Source: Bugula neritina
Taxonomy: Eukaryota; Animalia; Bryozoa
Length of the DNA stretch: 64,000 bases
Assembly (NCBI GenBank): GCA_964035545.1
Contig: OZ037765.1
Span: forward strand, 22,381,504 to 22,445,503
Direction of reading: 5' to 3'
The number at the start of each line of letters is the position of its first letter. Within the stretch, counting starts at the first letter, position 1. The position numbers and the translations under genes were made by a program. This document shows positions 1 to 14,900 of this stretch, piece after piece. The notes under the pieces are model-generated. The model made no database searches and was not told the origin of the DNA. It saw only the letters and a list, made by a program, of their open reading frames with translations.

Positions 1-2791
1 TTATTTATGCGATTATAATTCTTATAGTGTCACCAATAATCTCATTCCTGTAGTTAGAAATTATACAGAAATCATGATTGGTATTTATGATTATGATGGC
101 CTATTATTATATACAATCCAGTAATGTGCAGCATGATTATGGATTTTCTGTCGCAGCTGAACTTGGTATGTTAGTGCCACAGTAAGAGTGGCCAGGGAAG
201 CTTACCACTACACTAATTGAATTACATGATAATATTCAGTTGGAGAATTTCTAAATGAAAATGTGGTTATAAATATGTAACACCACCCTACAAAAACTGA
301 GAAAAGGCAAAATGAAATTAATCAACAGGCTTTGTTAGTTAGCACTTTGCATTTTATAAATAATTACTGTAATCTATACTTGAATTCAGTTATTAAAAGT
401 TGGTAAGCTTTTCACAGCATGTTTTATATCGTGAAATTGATTTGTTTGCAACTGTAGTTATTTAAATAATGGATGTTAAAATAGAACAAGAGCTAAATTA
501 AGTTGAAATGAACTTGTTAGAATAAAAGTTAGAAAGTAGTAATTACTTACATAATATGAAGTCAACATGAAGCTTTAATAGTATATATGAATTTATAGCA
601 TATAAGTGCTGTCCACAAGCAGACGCAGACTATATATGACAATGCAGGGCAGTACACATAATACTGGCTACAGTCCTGCCTTTGATATCAATGATAAAAG
701 GACGCAACATCTATTAGCAATAATAAGTCTTTTGTGATAATGTTTGCAAACTTACAAGTCTTACTAAAGCAAGCTACTATAATTATAGTTTGAAGTAATT
801 CTTCATAATGGATTCTGCTATTTATTAAAGGAATCTTCTTTTTAGCCATTCAATAAACTACTCAAAACAAGTATTTGAAGTTTAAAAGCAGTTCAAAGAC
901 TACACCAAAAGCTGCACGTCATAAGAATTGGTAATATAGACTTTAAGCCATAAAATAATATGCAGATACCCTAGTTTAAAGCCACTGAAGGAATTTTAGG
1001 GTCCACCCTCAGAATTTAAGTAATTGAGAATAACTTCAAAACTAAAATATGAATAGGATGCTCATTACTTGCTGTATTCCTATCTAACTACAATCGGCTA
1101 CAACTTACATAATTTGCACAGCTCTTTGTTGTTCAAGAAAGCTCTGTGAAAAGTAAACCAGTTACGTTGATGTAAAGAAATGCTGTCTACTTTCAAGTGT
1201 TTTGTTATATATATCATTTTATCAAGTAGGCGTTTCACTAACATCCAAGCGTATTCCAAGCTCAAATACTTGGAAATGTTGACTTAAGGTAACCAAGCTA
1301 AGAAAACAGAATTAATAGAAACCCGTAAGCTATATATTTGATGAGAGTGGATTTCATATGGGAGAATATATAGCATAATTAACTTGTTCAGAATACCTGG
1401 TTATAAATTTTGATGTAATATGTAGTATGCTTTATATGATATTATAATGACATTACCACAGCTATTATCGCAACATAATCAAATTATATATTTTACTTAG
1501 AGTTAATTTTCAAGTGTAGCCACTACAAACCAAGGTTTTTAACACCATTTATTTTATCCAATTTTCTAAACAAGTATCATTCCTCTTGAGAAAAAGAACA
1601 TTTACCACAGCAGTGCAACTTACTTTAAATTATACTATCATGAGTTTAAGAAATAAATTCAGTTACAATATTGGTATAAAGTAATTATTACATTAGTTAT
1701 GTTTCTAATTTATTGGATTATCTCAATTGTAATTGGTAATAGAAATAATTAAGTTTAAAAGTTATATAAAAAGCTCTCTTTTCTAGTAAAAGTAAGCACA
1801 TATAACTTTAGCTCATATTATAGTTTTATAAAGTTAATATCTAGTTTGAGGATGTAAAGGTTTCAATATTTAATTATGGAAAGATAACTTCTTATTGTGC
1901 ATGACCACAACTGCAGCAATAACTACAAAAATTAGGGGCATTTTAATCCAAAATCTAGATACTGGTTTTTTTGACAGTTTAGGATTCTACAGAAGTTCAA
2001 TTTAAAACAGTGTCAATCAGCATAAAATATTAAAGTTGGACGAATTTTGCTTTGAAATCACATTCTCAGATGTCTGACATCCAATGAATTAAGTCTTAAA
2101 TGTTCCAAATAAATGTTTTGCTCTTCCAGAATGTTCTATTTTGTTCAATAAATAATTATACAGCTGGTCAAAATATCATAGTGGGTAAAAGTTATTCAGA
2201 ATTTTATTAAAACTTTAATTATTCATGAATAATTAACTTGTGTCGAAATAAATAAACTAACTTATGTAATAAGAAAAATGTCTAAAGTTATATATCAGGT
2301 AGAGTTGTTGATATATATGCTGAAAAATGATAACATAGATGCATTGCATAAAACATAAGACTAAAGCAGCATCTCTCAAAACATACAGCATAAAAACAAG
2401 CTTCTAACTTACATGACTGCATAAAAAGTATATAAAATTTGAACCAATTTCTTGGCTTGAAAATAGACAGAGTTGGAAAATTTTTGATGTCTTGTGATTG
2501 GAAATATAGCCCAGAGTATTAAATGCCACACGTATTATTTGATTGTTATTAAAATAAAATGAAAACAACAAGCATGCAGATTCTGAAAAGGACGGAAGAA
2601 AATGATAGTAATTTTTACTAAGTAGACACTATTTATCACAATGTACTAGTTCTCAACAGCAGATATATAGAATGTTTAGCTAAATATTACAGGAAGCACT
2701 GTGATTGAATTTTTAAAAACTGCTGCTTTCTAAAAACAAAAACATTTGAAAAAATATATAAAGCAAATAAAACAACTATCACATAATATAT

Positions 2792-2797
2792 TTTATT
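2792..2797 (-). terminator. Candidate poly(A) signal AATAAA for FAM13
   Basis: TTTATT on the + strand about 145 nt downstream of the FAM13 stop. The context is AT-rich, so chance occurrence is possible. Confidence 0.4.
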
Positions 2798-2941
2798 AGT
2801 TAACAATGAGTACACAGAAGCTTTGTACGTCTTCACTATTTAGCATTGCCTCTTCCAAGCAATACATTAGCCCATCTTACATCATTCTTCACAAAGATTT
2901 GCTACATTCACGGCATGTTTTGATCATGTCCACTGAACTCA

Positions 2942-5900
2942 TTATTCATGTTTGCTTAGCAACACTTCGAGTAATTTTATCCTTGCTTTTATTTGCTACA
3001 ACAAACATCTCTTTTAGAACTGTGGCCAAAATATAACATAACATTTATACATAACAAACTAGTATATAAAACACCTTGATCTAATGTAAGGAGTTTTGGA
3101 ACCCAAGTATATAATGCTATAAGGTTACATATGTATAGGATTAATGTCAACTTTATAGACCAGCTAAAACTATTAAATACAGAAGTGTATGTAAAGTTGG
3201 TGGTTACTATTTACCAATATATAATAATAGTCCAACATCTTTGGCTTTTTCAAGTATGAGTACAGCTCAACAATGAAAATAAAGAGCAAAAAGAACTCCC
3301 TTTAAAAGGTCAAAGGGTCAACATTGAGGATGATAGGGCTTATCGTAAATTATTAGTGTAAGTTTCAAAAAGAAAAAAAGTAGTTAAACGTGTTCCAGCA
3401 GTCATTGCTTCTTTATAAAAGTTAGTCCACTCAACAATAGTATCACAGACTTGAAATCCAGTTTTGGAACCCAAATAACATTTATTTCCTTTTCCCTCTA
3501 TGCAGTTATTTCATAAAGGATAATAATTGATAACATAATATATTAATTTTAAAATGTAATTTTTTGCAATGACAAATTAAAGATCACCAGAAGACACAGG
3601 GTAGCAGAGAAACCCAGGTTAGAGGAGGAAAATAAAAACCTATTTATTCACCACTTATATATAAGGGCGCTTACTTTGTATTCCTGGTACCTAGATTCCA
3701 TTGGACCTCGGTCATCCCTCTGCACTTTTCTATTATTTTCTTTTTGAAACTCATCTTCAAAGTCTCTTAGAAGCTTCCTGAGTTTCTTCTTTGTGTTGTT
3801 CGCTTTATCTAATTCTGACTTTAGTTCAGGCCTGAGAAAGACAGCTTACAGCTGTAGAGAATTATACACTTTGCTCCACCATGACATAAGCACAATAACA
3901 TGTTGAGAGAAAAAGTAGATAACCGAGATATCTGGCTCACTTTAGTTGTAGTTTCAGCAATTTGAATATAGCAGCTCATCGGAAATAAAATCTTGAAATT
4001 TTTACATTTAATAATAGATAGTTTACATTATATTTGTATGTAAAATATAGAGAAACTAGATGCAAATAACTAATTAGTTTACTCTCTCCCCCCTCTCTCT
4101 GACTCTCTGATATAAACACATGACATAATTTTAATTTGTTAGCTGACCATAGGAGAAAGATCTTCAACCTGCACAAGCCCCTAAAATCTCTGATAACTTT
4201 ACATTTCATCTCCACTACTTTCTCCCCAATAATTGCTGACATCATCAGGCTGAGTTCAGCAGCAATTTGAAGAGTCCCAAAAGAACATTTAGCAATGAGA
4301 AAATAATTAACACTTAAAGATTCTTGTTTATAAACTAGCTGCATCTCAACACATCAGAATAATAACCAGCTGGTTAGTGAGTGGTTAGTACGTACACTAG
4401 TAAATCCTGCAGGTTAGTTTCTCTGGCTGCCTTCCCAGGGTCAGCAGGGGACTCCTCTCTATCCTCGTCATCTCCTGGAGGCAGACCGTTGTGCTCATTG
4501 TTCATGTCTGGGTGCCGAGTCACCAACATCTCTGTTGGATCCGCTTCAACAGCCACTGCCTCTGGCAGCGCTGACTCCACAGGCTGTTGATAAGAACAGG
4601 AAATATTAAAATGATGCGTTGAGATGAGTATTTGCAGCTACTAGCAACTTGTGCCTGCGATTCTATTGAATCAGTTCAAGTAACGCAATAGCAGCACAGG
4701 CATCATACAATATAGCAAGTACAATGTGCACAAATATATGACGAATAGCTTCACCACCCAAAAGAAAAAATGAACTTTATCTCTACCTAGAAACTCAAGA
4801 GTAACTGCCACAACTAATTTTATTTTTCATCAATACAATACCAACATATATAATACTACATTATTATAAATATAAAGTTACGGTATTGAATGGTTTGAGC
4901 CAAACATAGCTTGAGCATCCACGTACCTTCTCTTGTGGAAGAGATACAGGAGCGGATACCAACGCCTTCTTAATCTGTCTGTATCTATCGTAGAGAGGCC
5001 GCATAAGCTCTTTCTCACTTTTAGTTTGCTAAAAGCAGAAAAAATAATCTGAATTATCTAACCCCACAGGTCAGTTTATTACAATCTATTATGGATTATT
5101 TATACCATTAGCTTTGTTGATTATGTGACAGACACACACTCAGGAGTTGTAAATAATTCTGAAACACATTGTATGGATCACTGAGAAGTAACTCCATCAG
5201 ACAGAGATATTGAGAGATGACTTACAGGTCTGCCATGGATGCTCTCAAAGTGCAGGAGTGCTTTTTGAACTGCCAGCTTTTCTTCCTGTACCTGATCTCT
5301 TGTCAGCACCTGTACGAATAAAAAGTTAGGGATTCAGGCAGCTTCAAGCGTCAGGATTCAAATTGACTAAACAGCATAACTAGAGTGAAAAGTAAGCAAC
5401 AATAATAACAGTTAAAGAAATTTTAATGTTACTGTAAAACTATAAACTTGGTTTGTTCATTAAAGATTTTATGATAAAATGTTGTGTGTGCTCGCGCGCG
5501 TGTGCGTTGGGTATTTAAATAACCCCTTCATGATTTATTTTATATACATACTCGAATGATATGCTAGTAGGAGGATGAGTTGAAAATTGGGTTGAAGGTA
5601 CATAAAGTTTGAGATACTTCAAGTACAAGTGATTTCCCAAGACATTACAGGTAAAAACAAACATATTCTTAAATGCTTTTAGAGACAAACTCAATTCCAA
5701 ATGAGTTTTTCTGCAGATTTCTAAGTACTGAAAGACTGGTTGGCTGAATAACTAAAGTAAGCTTTCTTGGGCAATATTTCCATGATTTATGAAACCGTTA
5801 TGAAACCAGGAGGAAATAAAAACACGTTGAGGTAGATAATCCATTTAGGAGGATATAATAAATGGATTAGCAACAAGATTTAAATCAAGTAATAATGCTG

Positions 5901-8900
5901 TTAGTATGTATCCATTGAGTTGAACATAATCTAAGGTGACATTACATACATTCCATTTCTCAACAATTCGAATCCTGCTTTATTGAGGATAGTTGTTAGT
6001 AGCCATAATCTATAGGGTATCAAAGACAACATAGTTAAGTATCACTAGCAAAATGTAATTGACAAATATTCTCCAATAAAAATTCAAACTATACTTCATG
6101 TTTTAAGGACAAAACTTCTAGTACAAAATAGAAGAAACTGTCGTTGACTGAAATCAACAACATAAATAACTGCGATAATGAAAACCAAAAACTTATTGAA
6201 AGGGGAAATTTGCTCACAAAAAGTTTGACAACTAGCTAGAATATGGGGTTACTTAGACTATTACATAATGCAAGTTTGAAAAACAAATCATGCATTTTCC
6301 CATTCAAAGTGTATAAGGACTGATGATTAATGGAATGATTACACAGTAGTTCAAATGAATAGAAAAAACTATTTGAAACTTTGCAGTAACCACAAAAAAC
6401 ATCTGCAATGTCAGTGTGTAAATTGATATTGTAATTTACAGCTTTCTTTTAGTAGTTCAATAGACATTTATCCAAGAGGCAATTAATAATGATTATTGTT
6501 TTAGTAGCTGTAATAACAAACAATTGTCTAAAAGCCTATGAATGGTGTCAAACTGACATACCTTCCTACAGATGGGTAGTTTGTATGCACTCAAATATCA
6601 GTTTTAACAACAATGGATGTTAATTTTGTTGGAACAAATTCAAGCAATACAGCTAAAAAATCTATTGAAAACACATTAAGGTGTGAAGGACCACACATTT
6701 AATAAGGGTGTCTAATTAGCTATGGAAAAATGACAAGTTTTATCAAATCCTTTTAAACAAGACTGCACCAACAGCCGACTTTTAAATATCTGTAATGCTG
6801 ATTAAATAACCAAGTGAAACTAAAGCAAGATAAAGAGTAATGGTGGAGGTACCTGCTCAACTTGATAAAATTGTTTTTGTGAATGTTTAAAAAGTAAAAA
6901 AATTCTTTAATCAATTTTAAATAATTCAATTTTAAATCAGATATATCAGATAACCTGGCTAGCTGGTGCCATTAAATAACCACTCAACCCACAAGAAATA
7001 AGAAGTTGCCTTCCCTAAGAATCCTTTAACCAACTACTCTTGTAAGTATTTGTCATAGACTAAGCTAGCAATTGTATCTACAACAAGTTTTTTGGATGAA
7101 TTCAACATTACAATAAAAATAACTGAGGATTAATTACTAGTCAAAGAAGATATGCTTTGAACAATTTTACTTGGCAATAAAGATACTTTAATTTTAGCTG
7201 TGATTCATAGTTAAGCCTAAAAAACTTGTGGTCAAAATGATTGAAGTGGCTAGTGATTCAACAATGCCCTTGGGCTAAGGTAATGCCCAGTAGCCTTGAT
7301 AGTCTGTAGGACATGCATTCTTTAGGTAATCAATTATTCATCCATTTGGTGCTCTCTTGTAGTACTGAATGTTCTTACAATGAGGTCAACTTAAATATTT
7401 AGACTGCTGACTATACAAATAAATTATCTAATAGAAACTGAATTTGGTGAGGATAGTAGCTACAAATTCCACATTGTTATAAGTGGTTGACTGTAGCTAC
7501 CAGTTATATCAATGTTATTTCATCATTATGTCGCACCTTTTGGCATAATAAAAGTTGTAATCTCATTAGCAATAAGTCAACTTTGTAAATTGGCTATTTT
7601 GCAAGAGTTGACAACTTCAACGTGAGATTTACAGGGCTCAATATACAGTACATGACCATAGAAAAAATGTTGAACCTACACTTAGATCGTCAGCCCTGTT
7701 GGCTTCTTGCCGTTTCTCCTTCAACTTCTTTAGCAACAGTTCTAGAGTGTCGGCCATAGTGGCAGGCTCATGACTCGTCCCCATATTTACAGACTCAGTT
7801 CCACTCCCAGCTCTCTCCACATTTACAGCTGGGGGTTCAATAGAGTCGACTCTAGTGTTGTCTGCCCCTTGTTCTTTTAAATCTGTATTCAGATATTATA
7901 TACTATTACATTATTGGAATAGGATAAAAAGTTTAAATTTAGAATCAAATTTAAAATAGTTCTCTTAGATATTTCACTGTAATTGTTAATATGCACCATT
8001 AATCTTTATAATACTAGTTAGATCCAAAATTGCATATTTTTGTTAACGAATAGTCAGAGCTGATTGTTGAAACTGTGGATTACTGAAATTTATTATAAAA
8101 TAGTTGATGATTCAGAAAAGTCAGTAGTTTTAACAAAGTATTGAAAATATGAAACGTGATATCAGCAACATGTTTAGTTGAGATCACTAAAAGTTGCGGA
8201 CTGACTACATTATAGACATTTGTTATTATGTTAACCATGATCTAAATAATTTAAAAAATCCAACAGCTTCATGAAATATATTTTGTTTTGATGATCACCA
8301 AGTTTTGTTTAATTTTAGCTTCTTAAAACCTTACATATTTTCAGTTTGATGACTAACAAATTATAATGCAAACTTGGAAATATATACTATCCTGCACCAG
8401 CTGTATTTCTACATTACTCAGTTGTTTGAAATGATGTTGTGCATTATAGGTTCCAGTCTACGGGTTACAGAAAATATTTATGGTAGGGAATGCTAGGAAC
8501 TATTTTGGTTTTATTTCAAAACAATAAAAAAGTGAATTAACTTTGTTTTAAAAATTGATTAAACCCATGAATTCGAAAATGCCAATCGTTTCTATTCAAT
8601 GTTTAAACAATGAAACAGTTTGGGGTCATAAAACACATCCTATAATATGAAATGATAGAATGAAGCTCTGAGGGCATAGGAAATAGCTCTCACTAAAAAA
8701 TTTGAAATGCTTCGAAATATAAACAGCAGATACAACATGAGAACGAAGTGCAGAAGTTTCTGACAAACTGGTGAACGAAAATACAGCAGCAAGGAAGTGT
8801 GAATAAAAGTGCTGCGGGAAATGTATATATATAAATTATAATGTATGACAACATACAGCCTATCCAGACATGGCAACTGCCAGCGTACTACACTTAAGGA

Positions 8901-11900
8901 CTCTTAGAGACACCTGAAGACAACTGGTTTCATTAGACTCATCATGCCAGCAAAGGACTGAATTAGCAACATTTAAAGCCCAATATATTTCAGTGAAACT
9001 ACAATTTCCTGAAACATTAATAAAGAAATAGTGTGTTGTGTAAGCACCATAATAGCAAACTTATAACTGAGCCAAGTGCCATTTTCCAGGTAAAAATTAA
9101 ATGAGCCACTAGCAAAATACTGTGGCGAGTGACCATGACATTGCGGGGAATAGCATGTGTAGGAGTCAAAGTATAAAGGGTTACCTACCAATATCTTCCT
9201 CAACACCCAAACCTATACACAATAAAAGTACCAAAACTAAACTTGTTTATTTGTTCAGATGATATATAAGCAACAATAGTTTGTAGGGAGAGTCTAATGT
9301 TCAGAAGTAGAGCTGTGTTTTGTTTTACTAACTTTTCAACTCTTTCCTAGACTTGGCCAAATCAGACAGGGCTTTCTTGATTTCAATCTTTGAGTTCTTT
9401 TCATGAGCAGAAGGTTTATGGCCGTGCTCAGTCTCAAAACTTTCTTCAAAGGCTCTTACCTTCTTTTTTAAAGCTGAAACATAAATCAAGTAAAGGAAGG
9501 CCAAGAATACGCTTATATGACCATTACAAGTGATCATTACAGAATACATACTTGCTTCAGCATCAAACACAAACAGAAGAATTTAAGAATTAATTGCCAT
9601 GTTGAAATATGCACTTGTATCGTAAGAGACTAGAGTATGCAGTGGAGCTCATCATTCATTCATTATACTATTGCACAATTTCCTACCATTAATTTTCTTG
9701 CTGAGAGTTTTAATTTGAGCAGCTCGCTGTTCATCTTCTATTGCATTTCTTTGTTGAGCCCTAGGGTCAGGACTCAGCCCGTCTATAGGGGGACCTTGAG
9801 GGGTGGTAGAGAGCATGTGGTCTCCCCTCCCGACCTCTAGAGTATTATCAAAAGTTGAAACTGGGGGCGTGGTTGTCTCCTCATTGCCAACACTCTGTAC
9901 TACTATAACTACAAGAGGGAATGCATTGTTAAAACCTTATAACTATAATCAATCATAAGTTACTGGTTTATACATTTACACAGTTAAATGCCATTGCCTA
10001 AACTCAGAAAAAAAATCTACTGTCTTTCAAATAGATTATCCAATAGGCAGCAATTATGTTATACAGAATTCAGGGTTTACAGCTGAAATGCCATAAAGAG
10101 TCTGCTGTTAGGTATTTCTTTAAGGTTATGGATGTCTTTCTGCCTGGAAACATGCTAGTAAGAGGGCTTAAAAGTTTTACAATAGACAAGGAGTGATTCT
10201 CACTGAAAGTGCATTCTAGCACCACCAATGCCCCTTATGGAAACGAAACCCCCACAATGTATGTAATGCTACACAACCACCTCTATACACCAGAACCTAC
10301 TGACTTACAGTGACTTTACCATTTAATGTAAAAGAGTTACATTTCTGAAAACTAGGTAATCTTATTAGTAATGAAAAAGTAACAACTATTGAAAGACAGT
10401 CTAAAGCAAGTCTCACCAGTTTCTTGTCCTTGTAAGTCAACTTTCTGCACGTTCTGGTTGTCTATTTCAAGAAGTGGGATTGCTGCCAGCTTAACGCTGT
10501 CATCGTTATTATTATTATTTATATCTCCTACATTTTTAGTGGAGAGGTCAGCTCTTACTGAGACATGTCTTTTCTTCTTTCTTGGTATCTTCTTAACTGG
10601 ACCTTTTGGCTTATCAAACTTAAATAGAAAAGAATTGAAGCTGCAAGCAAATTAACGTCACATCAGTGTTACACAATAAAAATATGATTAAACTTCCATC
10701 GTAACCAAATAGTGATTTAATACCACTACGTTTACTCGGCCAAGTGTAGGTGCAAAATGTACTCAATGGAAGAAAAAACTTAGGTGTTTGGAGTTGTTTG
10801 CTATTAGATGAAACAGTAATAGTTTAAAGTCAACTTCAAACCTATAAATATAAACTTGTAAATAAGTAATATAAATAATACTTTATCTAAAAATAACTAT
10901 ACTATAAAATAATTTTAAAACATAATATAACATAATACAAACATTTGAGTGGATACTCACACGTCGAAGCTGAGTCACAAATGATGCTATGTGGTCAAAG
11001 TCAGCATTTACAGGAGTTATAACAGACTTATTTGTTGGGGGATGATTTGATAGGCTTGTTGTAGAATCTGAGACCACAACTACTGGCATATCGATACTAT
11101 GGTGTAGAGGTGCATCCGCTAGAGCTCTGTAGCACAAAGTAATACAAGGTTAGTACAGCAAAGAACTGTTTTGCAGCATGTTACAAAGGAAGAATTGTAA
11201 GGAATGCCGAGACATAAGTTGCAAAACTGCAGTGAATTAGTGCATCGAATTCAAAATACACTGTAGTGGGCATGTGCAGAGAACAGGAAGTACAAAAAGA
11301 AAACAACGGGCACATTATACGTAATGTGGCCCAGGTAATACTACAAGGACTCTAGTTGCAGACTCTATCTGGTATAATTAAAATCATAACATGTATAAAG
11401 CAAATTAGTTTTTAAAAACAATTACTAATCTAAATTAGAAGCATTCAACAATTTTGGTAACTAGTGAACTGAAAATCTTTGCTAATCATTCATGTCCTAC
11501 TTTCAAAGAGGCAACAGTGTACACTACACAAGTGATCATAACTCATATTTCTGACAACACAAATTCATTCATTTTATAAATCCTCACTAAAATTAACAAG
11601 CTCAACTTTACTTAGAAGTGAAATACCTTTTTAAATAAAAATATCCCGTAATGCTCGTACATCATAACAGCTTTATAGAGACAATGGCATAATTTAAGAG
11701 AATATAAAAGTATGTAAACAACTTATTAAGGATAGTAAACTCCAAACTTACGATTGACGGGCAGGAGCAGACTTTGTTCTTGGTTTGGGTTTTGGGTGTT
11801 CAGGAGAAAGCGCCTGTGAGTCAGACACCTATATTAAAATATAAACCAACTCATCTCAATAACATGTCAACAATACATTCTACATTCTGTCTAAAACAAC

Positions 11901-14900
11901 ACACCGTCATAAAAATCACTTACAGATTCGGCTACTTTATGCTTGTGAGTTCTTGGTTTAGGTGTTGGCTGGGAGCCCAAGGCATGATCCTCTGAAGACT
12001 TTGCAGATCTAGGTTTGGGACTCGGTGCTTCTTTCAGCTGAGTATCACGTGACTCATCCAGTGCTGAATTAGATGCAGGTGGTGCTGTCTTATGAATAGT
12101 ATGACTACCTCCGTGCCGTGCACTGTGTGAGGTGCTGGCTCGACTCCCGGCATCCTCATTCTCTCCCCAGTTGTCAAATATTGACTTGACTTCCGTAGCC
12201 GAGAATAGATGCTCCAGCACAGCCTCCGATATGGTTTTTGTAACAAGTCTGCAACATGATGTAAAATTCAATCGTTCCACCAAGTTTAAGATTTTTAGAA
12301 GCAAAATCTAGCATTCAGTCTTATAAAAACAAATTCTGAATGGCAATATATTGTATTAGAGTAGTGAAACATGACTTTTTGTATTTTTAAAGAAAAATTT
12401 TAGTTTAGCCAATGAACTGTCATATACTAACTCTGATGCCACAGCCGACAGCACTGGGGAAGCTATGCTGCTGTGTCCGTCCCCTTCTACAATAGTGAAA
12501 GGTGAGGCTCTCTCCATAAACTCTTGTGAGAGGGAGGTAGTCGGTCTCGTCTCTTCCAAAGTATCCATTGACTGCCAAAGCAGAGGGTTATTAGTACATA
12601 ACAAATTCCAACAAAAATGCTCTGTACTTGAAACCATGAGCTTGTTATGACAATCTGGTGTTATGCAGAAGCAACTAATATTGTTTTTGATCAGTATTAT
12701 TAAAAAAAATCAGCACCACCAGTAAGAAGCCACACTTGTATTAGTATTCAAACTGCGTGTAAATAAAGCTTACCAGAGAAAGCGAATTATTTGTTAGTTT
12801 AGGCGGAGGAGGTCTCAAAGGAACCGCCAGCCTTCTCTTCTCTCTATTCTATAATCAAGCAGTTATTTGGGTATGTTAGATAGAAACCACACTGAATTAT
12901 ATCAACGCTTCTAGCTGAGCAACTACAGTGTTTTCTAGTGCAGCTTGTGAGGTCTAATGTAAGTTATAAGTTGATCAAGTAGTGCTCTATGATTGTTATT
13001 TCAATATATATGTCTATTAAAGTATGGAACTATTATTCAACTGAAATGAGCTTACAGAATATATAATAAAGTTAGGATTACAAGGCAAGCATTTCATATA
13101 AACACATTATATACCCGCATTAGGCCACTGCCTTGTAGGTATAATAATAGCCTTAAATTGTTACTATTATTAGTGAAATACATTAAAGTAGGAGCCTATG
13201 AGGTAATCGGCAGCAAACGTTTATTTAATACAATTATTAGAAAGTTGTTAGTAAACTAGATGAATGCAGTGCAGATACTATACACTATAAAATATAATAT
13301 ACATATGATGCCGGCAGCAGAACTTGAGTAGCTGGCAAATGTTAGTGTTGATATCATAGCACAAGATTAACATTCCTACTATATCATGTCAGTCCACACT
13401 CAACATTAAAATATTCTAGTTATTCTATAAAATCATCTTATCAGGTAGAGAGGAAAACTCTAAAACATTACTGTAATGAGTATTTCTTGAGTTAGAAATA
13501 TAGATAATGTCACACAAGGAATTCTGCTAGATAATATAAGTTTTCTAACTAGCAAGAGAAGACACAGACTGCGCTGAATTGAGCACAGCATCATCTGTAG
13601 AATATTAAATATACTGCATGCAGAAAAAAGCACTTACAATCAAAGGCTGTATTTACACTCTAGGGTTGAGGTGCAAATACAAAGTGAAGACAATAACGCA
13701 TAAGTTAATGGCAATACCAGTTTTTATAGAAAAACAAACATAATTTTAGCCTATAAAAGGAGTACATTTCATATCTTTACATTGATGACTATTATTGAAC
13801 TTCAATAAATACAGTAAAATGGCAGCAAGTGTTTCAGGAATAAATAGTGGCAAAATTATAACAAAATTATAACAAAGAGGTTTGGTGTTGAAAGATAGTA
13901 ACGGTTTTTGTGGTGGACAAGGAGCATTGCAATCCAAATTGATAAGTTATATTACTTTTATCCAGAATAAATGTGTACATTGGAGTAGCTGTGGTTCAAA
14001 CAATACAATAAACAAGTATAGGAACAAAGAGAAGAGTGCTGCAGTAGCAAGGTAACAGATAATGTGTAGAATAATACCACTGAGCAACAAATACACATTA
14101 CAGACTAAAATTCACTATTTTTCATATTAAAAATTGTCTTGAACAGAAAAATAGGAGCACAATTTTGGAGAGTACAAAAATTTGTAGATCTGTAAGAGAA
14201 TCTGTTTTAATATATTAAGCAGAAAAACAGGAGCAATATGCTTTATGTACTGACATACTAAGCAGCTAGCAGAATTACTTGCTATTCAAGACTAACCCAG
14301 AGACGAAGTTCAGTTTTACACATATGACTGAAACTTTAGTTAACATGCAACATGCAAAAATTTTCCAATTCAAGACAATTAAAATATGTAAAAATAGGTA
14401 AAAGTTAATTACCTTACGACGATTCTAAAATAATTCAATGATCATTCTACAACCTTTGTCAACACAATGAACAGAATGAGTATTAATATACATATTTTAG
14501 GTTGCAACTTTGTATCGACTATCCTATCCTAAATGCATAGTAGTAAGACAATCTGTCTCTAAATAGTCTAATTTCAAGCCGAGCAGCCATGTTCAAAATT
14601 AACCTTTAAAATAATCTAAGGAAGCTAAGATGCCACTTATTATTGACATGTCATATTGCTTTGAGAAGCTTTTCAGCATATTGCTGAGAAGCTTTGTTTA
14701 CAAGGTCCTAGATACATATTTATATTATAATGTAGCACAGTAATGAGGTAGGCAGGCAACAGGTATTTGAGATAACTTCAATCAGTATCCTTAACTACTA
14801 TCTACTCTTGCATTCAATGTACACATATCACTTAATACACTATAACAATACAAAGAGAGTAACAGCAAACAACCACCCAGAAACATATGCACTAGGCATG

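Noticed and set aside
1-2941. Additional gene at the left edge, including ORF 2806..3036
   Set aside because: Only isolated donor-like sites and no recognisable peptide. The ORF is antisense to the last FAM13 exon. Probably 3' UTR or intergenic.
3976-4344. 122-aa minus-strand ORF in FAM13 intron 17
   Set aside because: No recognisable motif, and not needed for the phase-consistent gene model.
8000-9200. Repeat-like sequence in FAM13 intron 13 suggesting DNA transposon remnants
   Set aside because: I could not define terminal repeats, a second copy or coding remnants from this window alone.
13550-13594. 45-nt AG/GT-bounded segment in FAM13 intron 5
   Set aside because: The phase-0 reading (MMLCSIQRSLCLLLL) is implausible for this linker, and the more natural phase-1 reading cannot join exon 6 without a stop.
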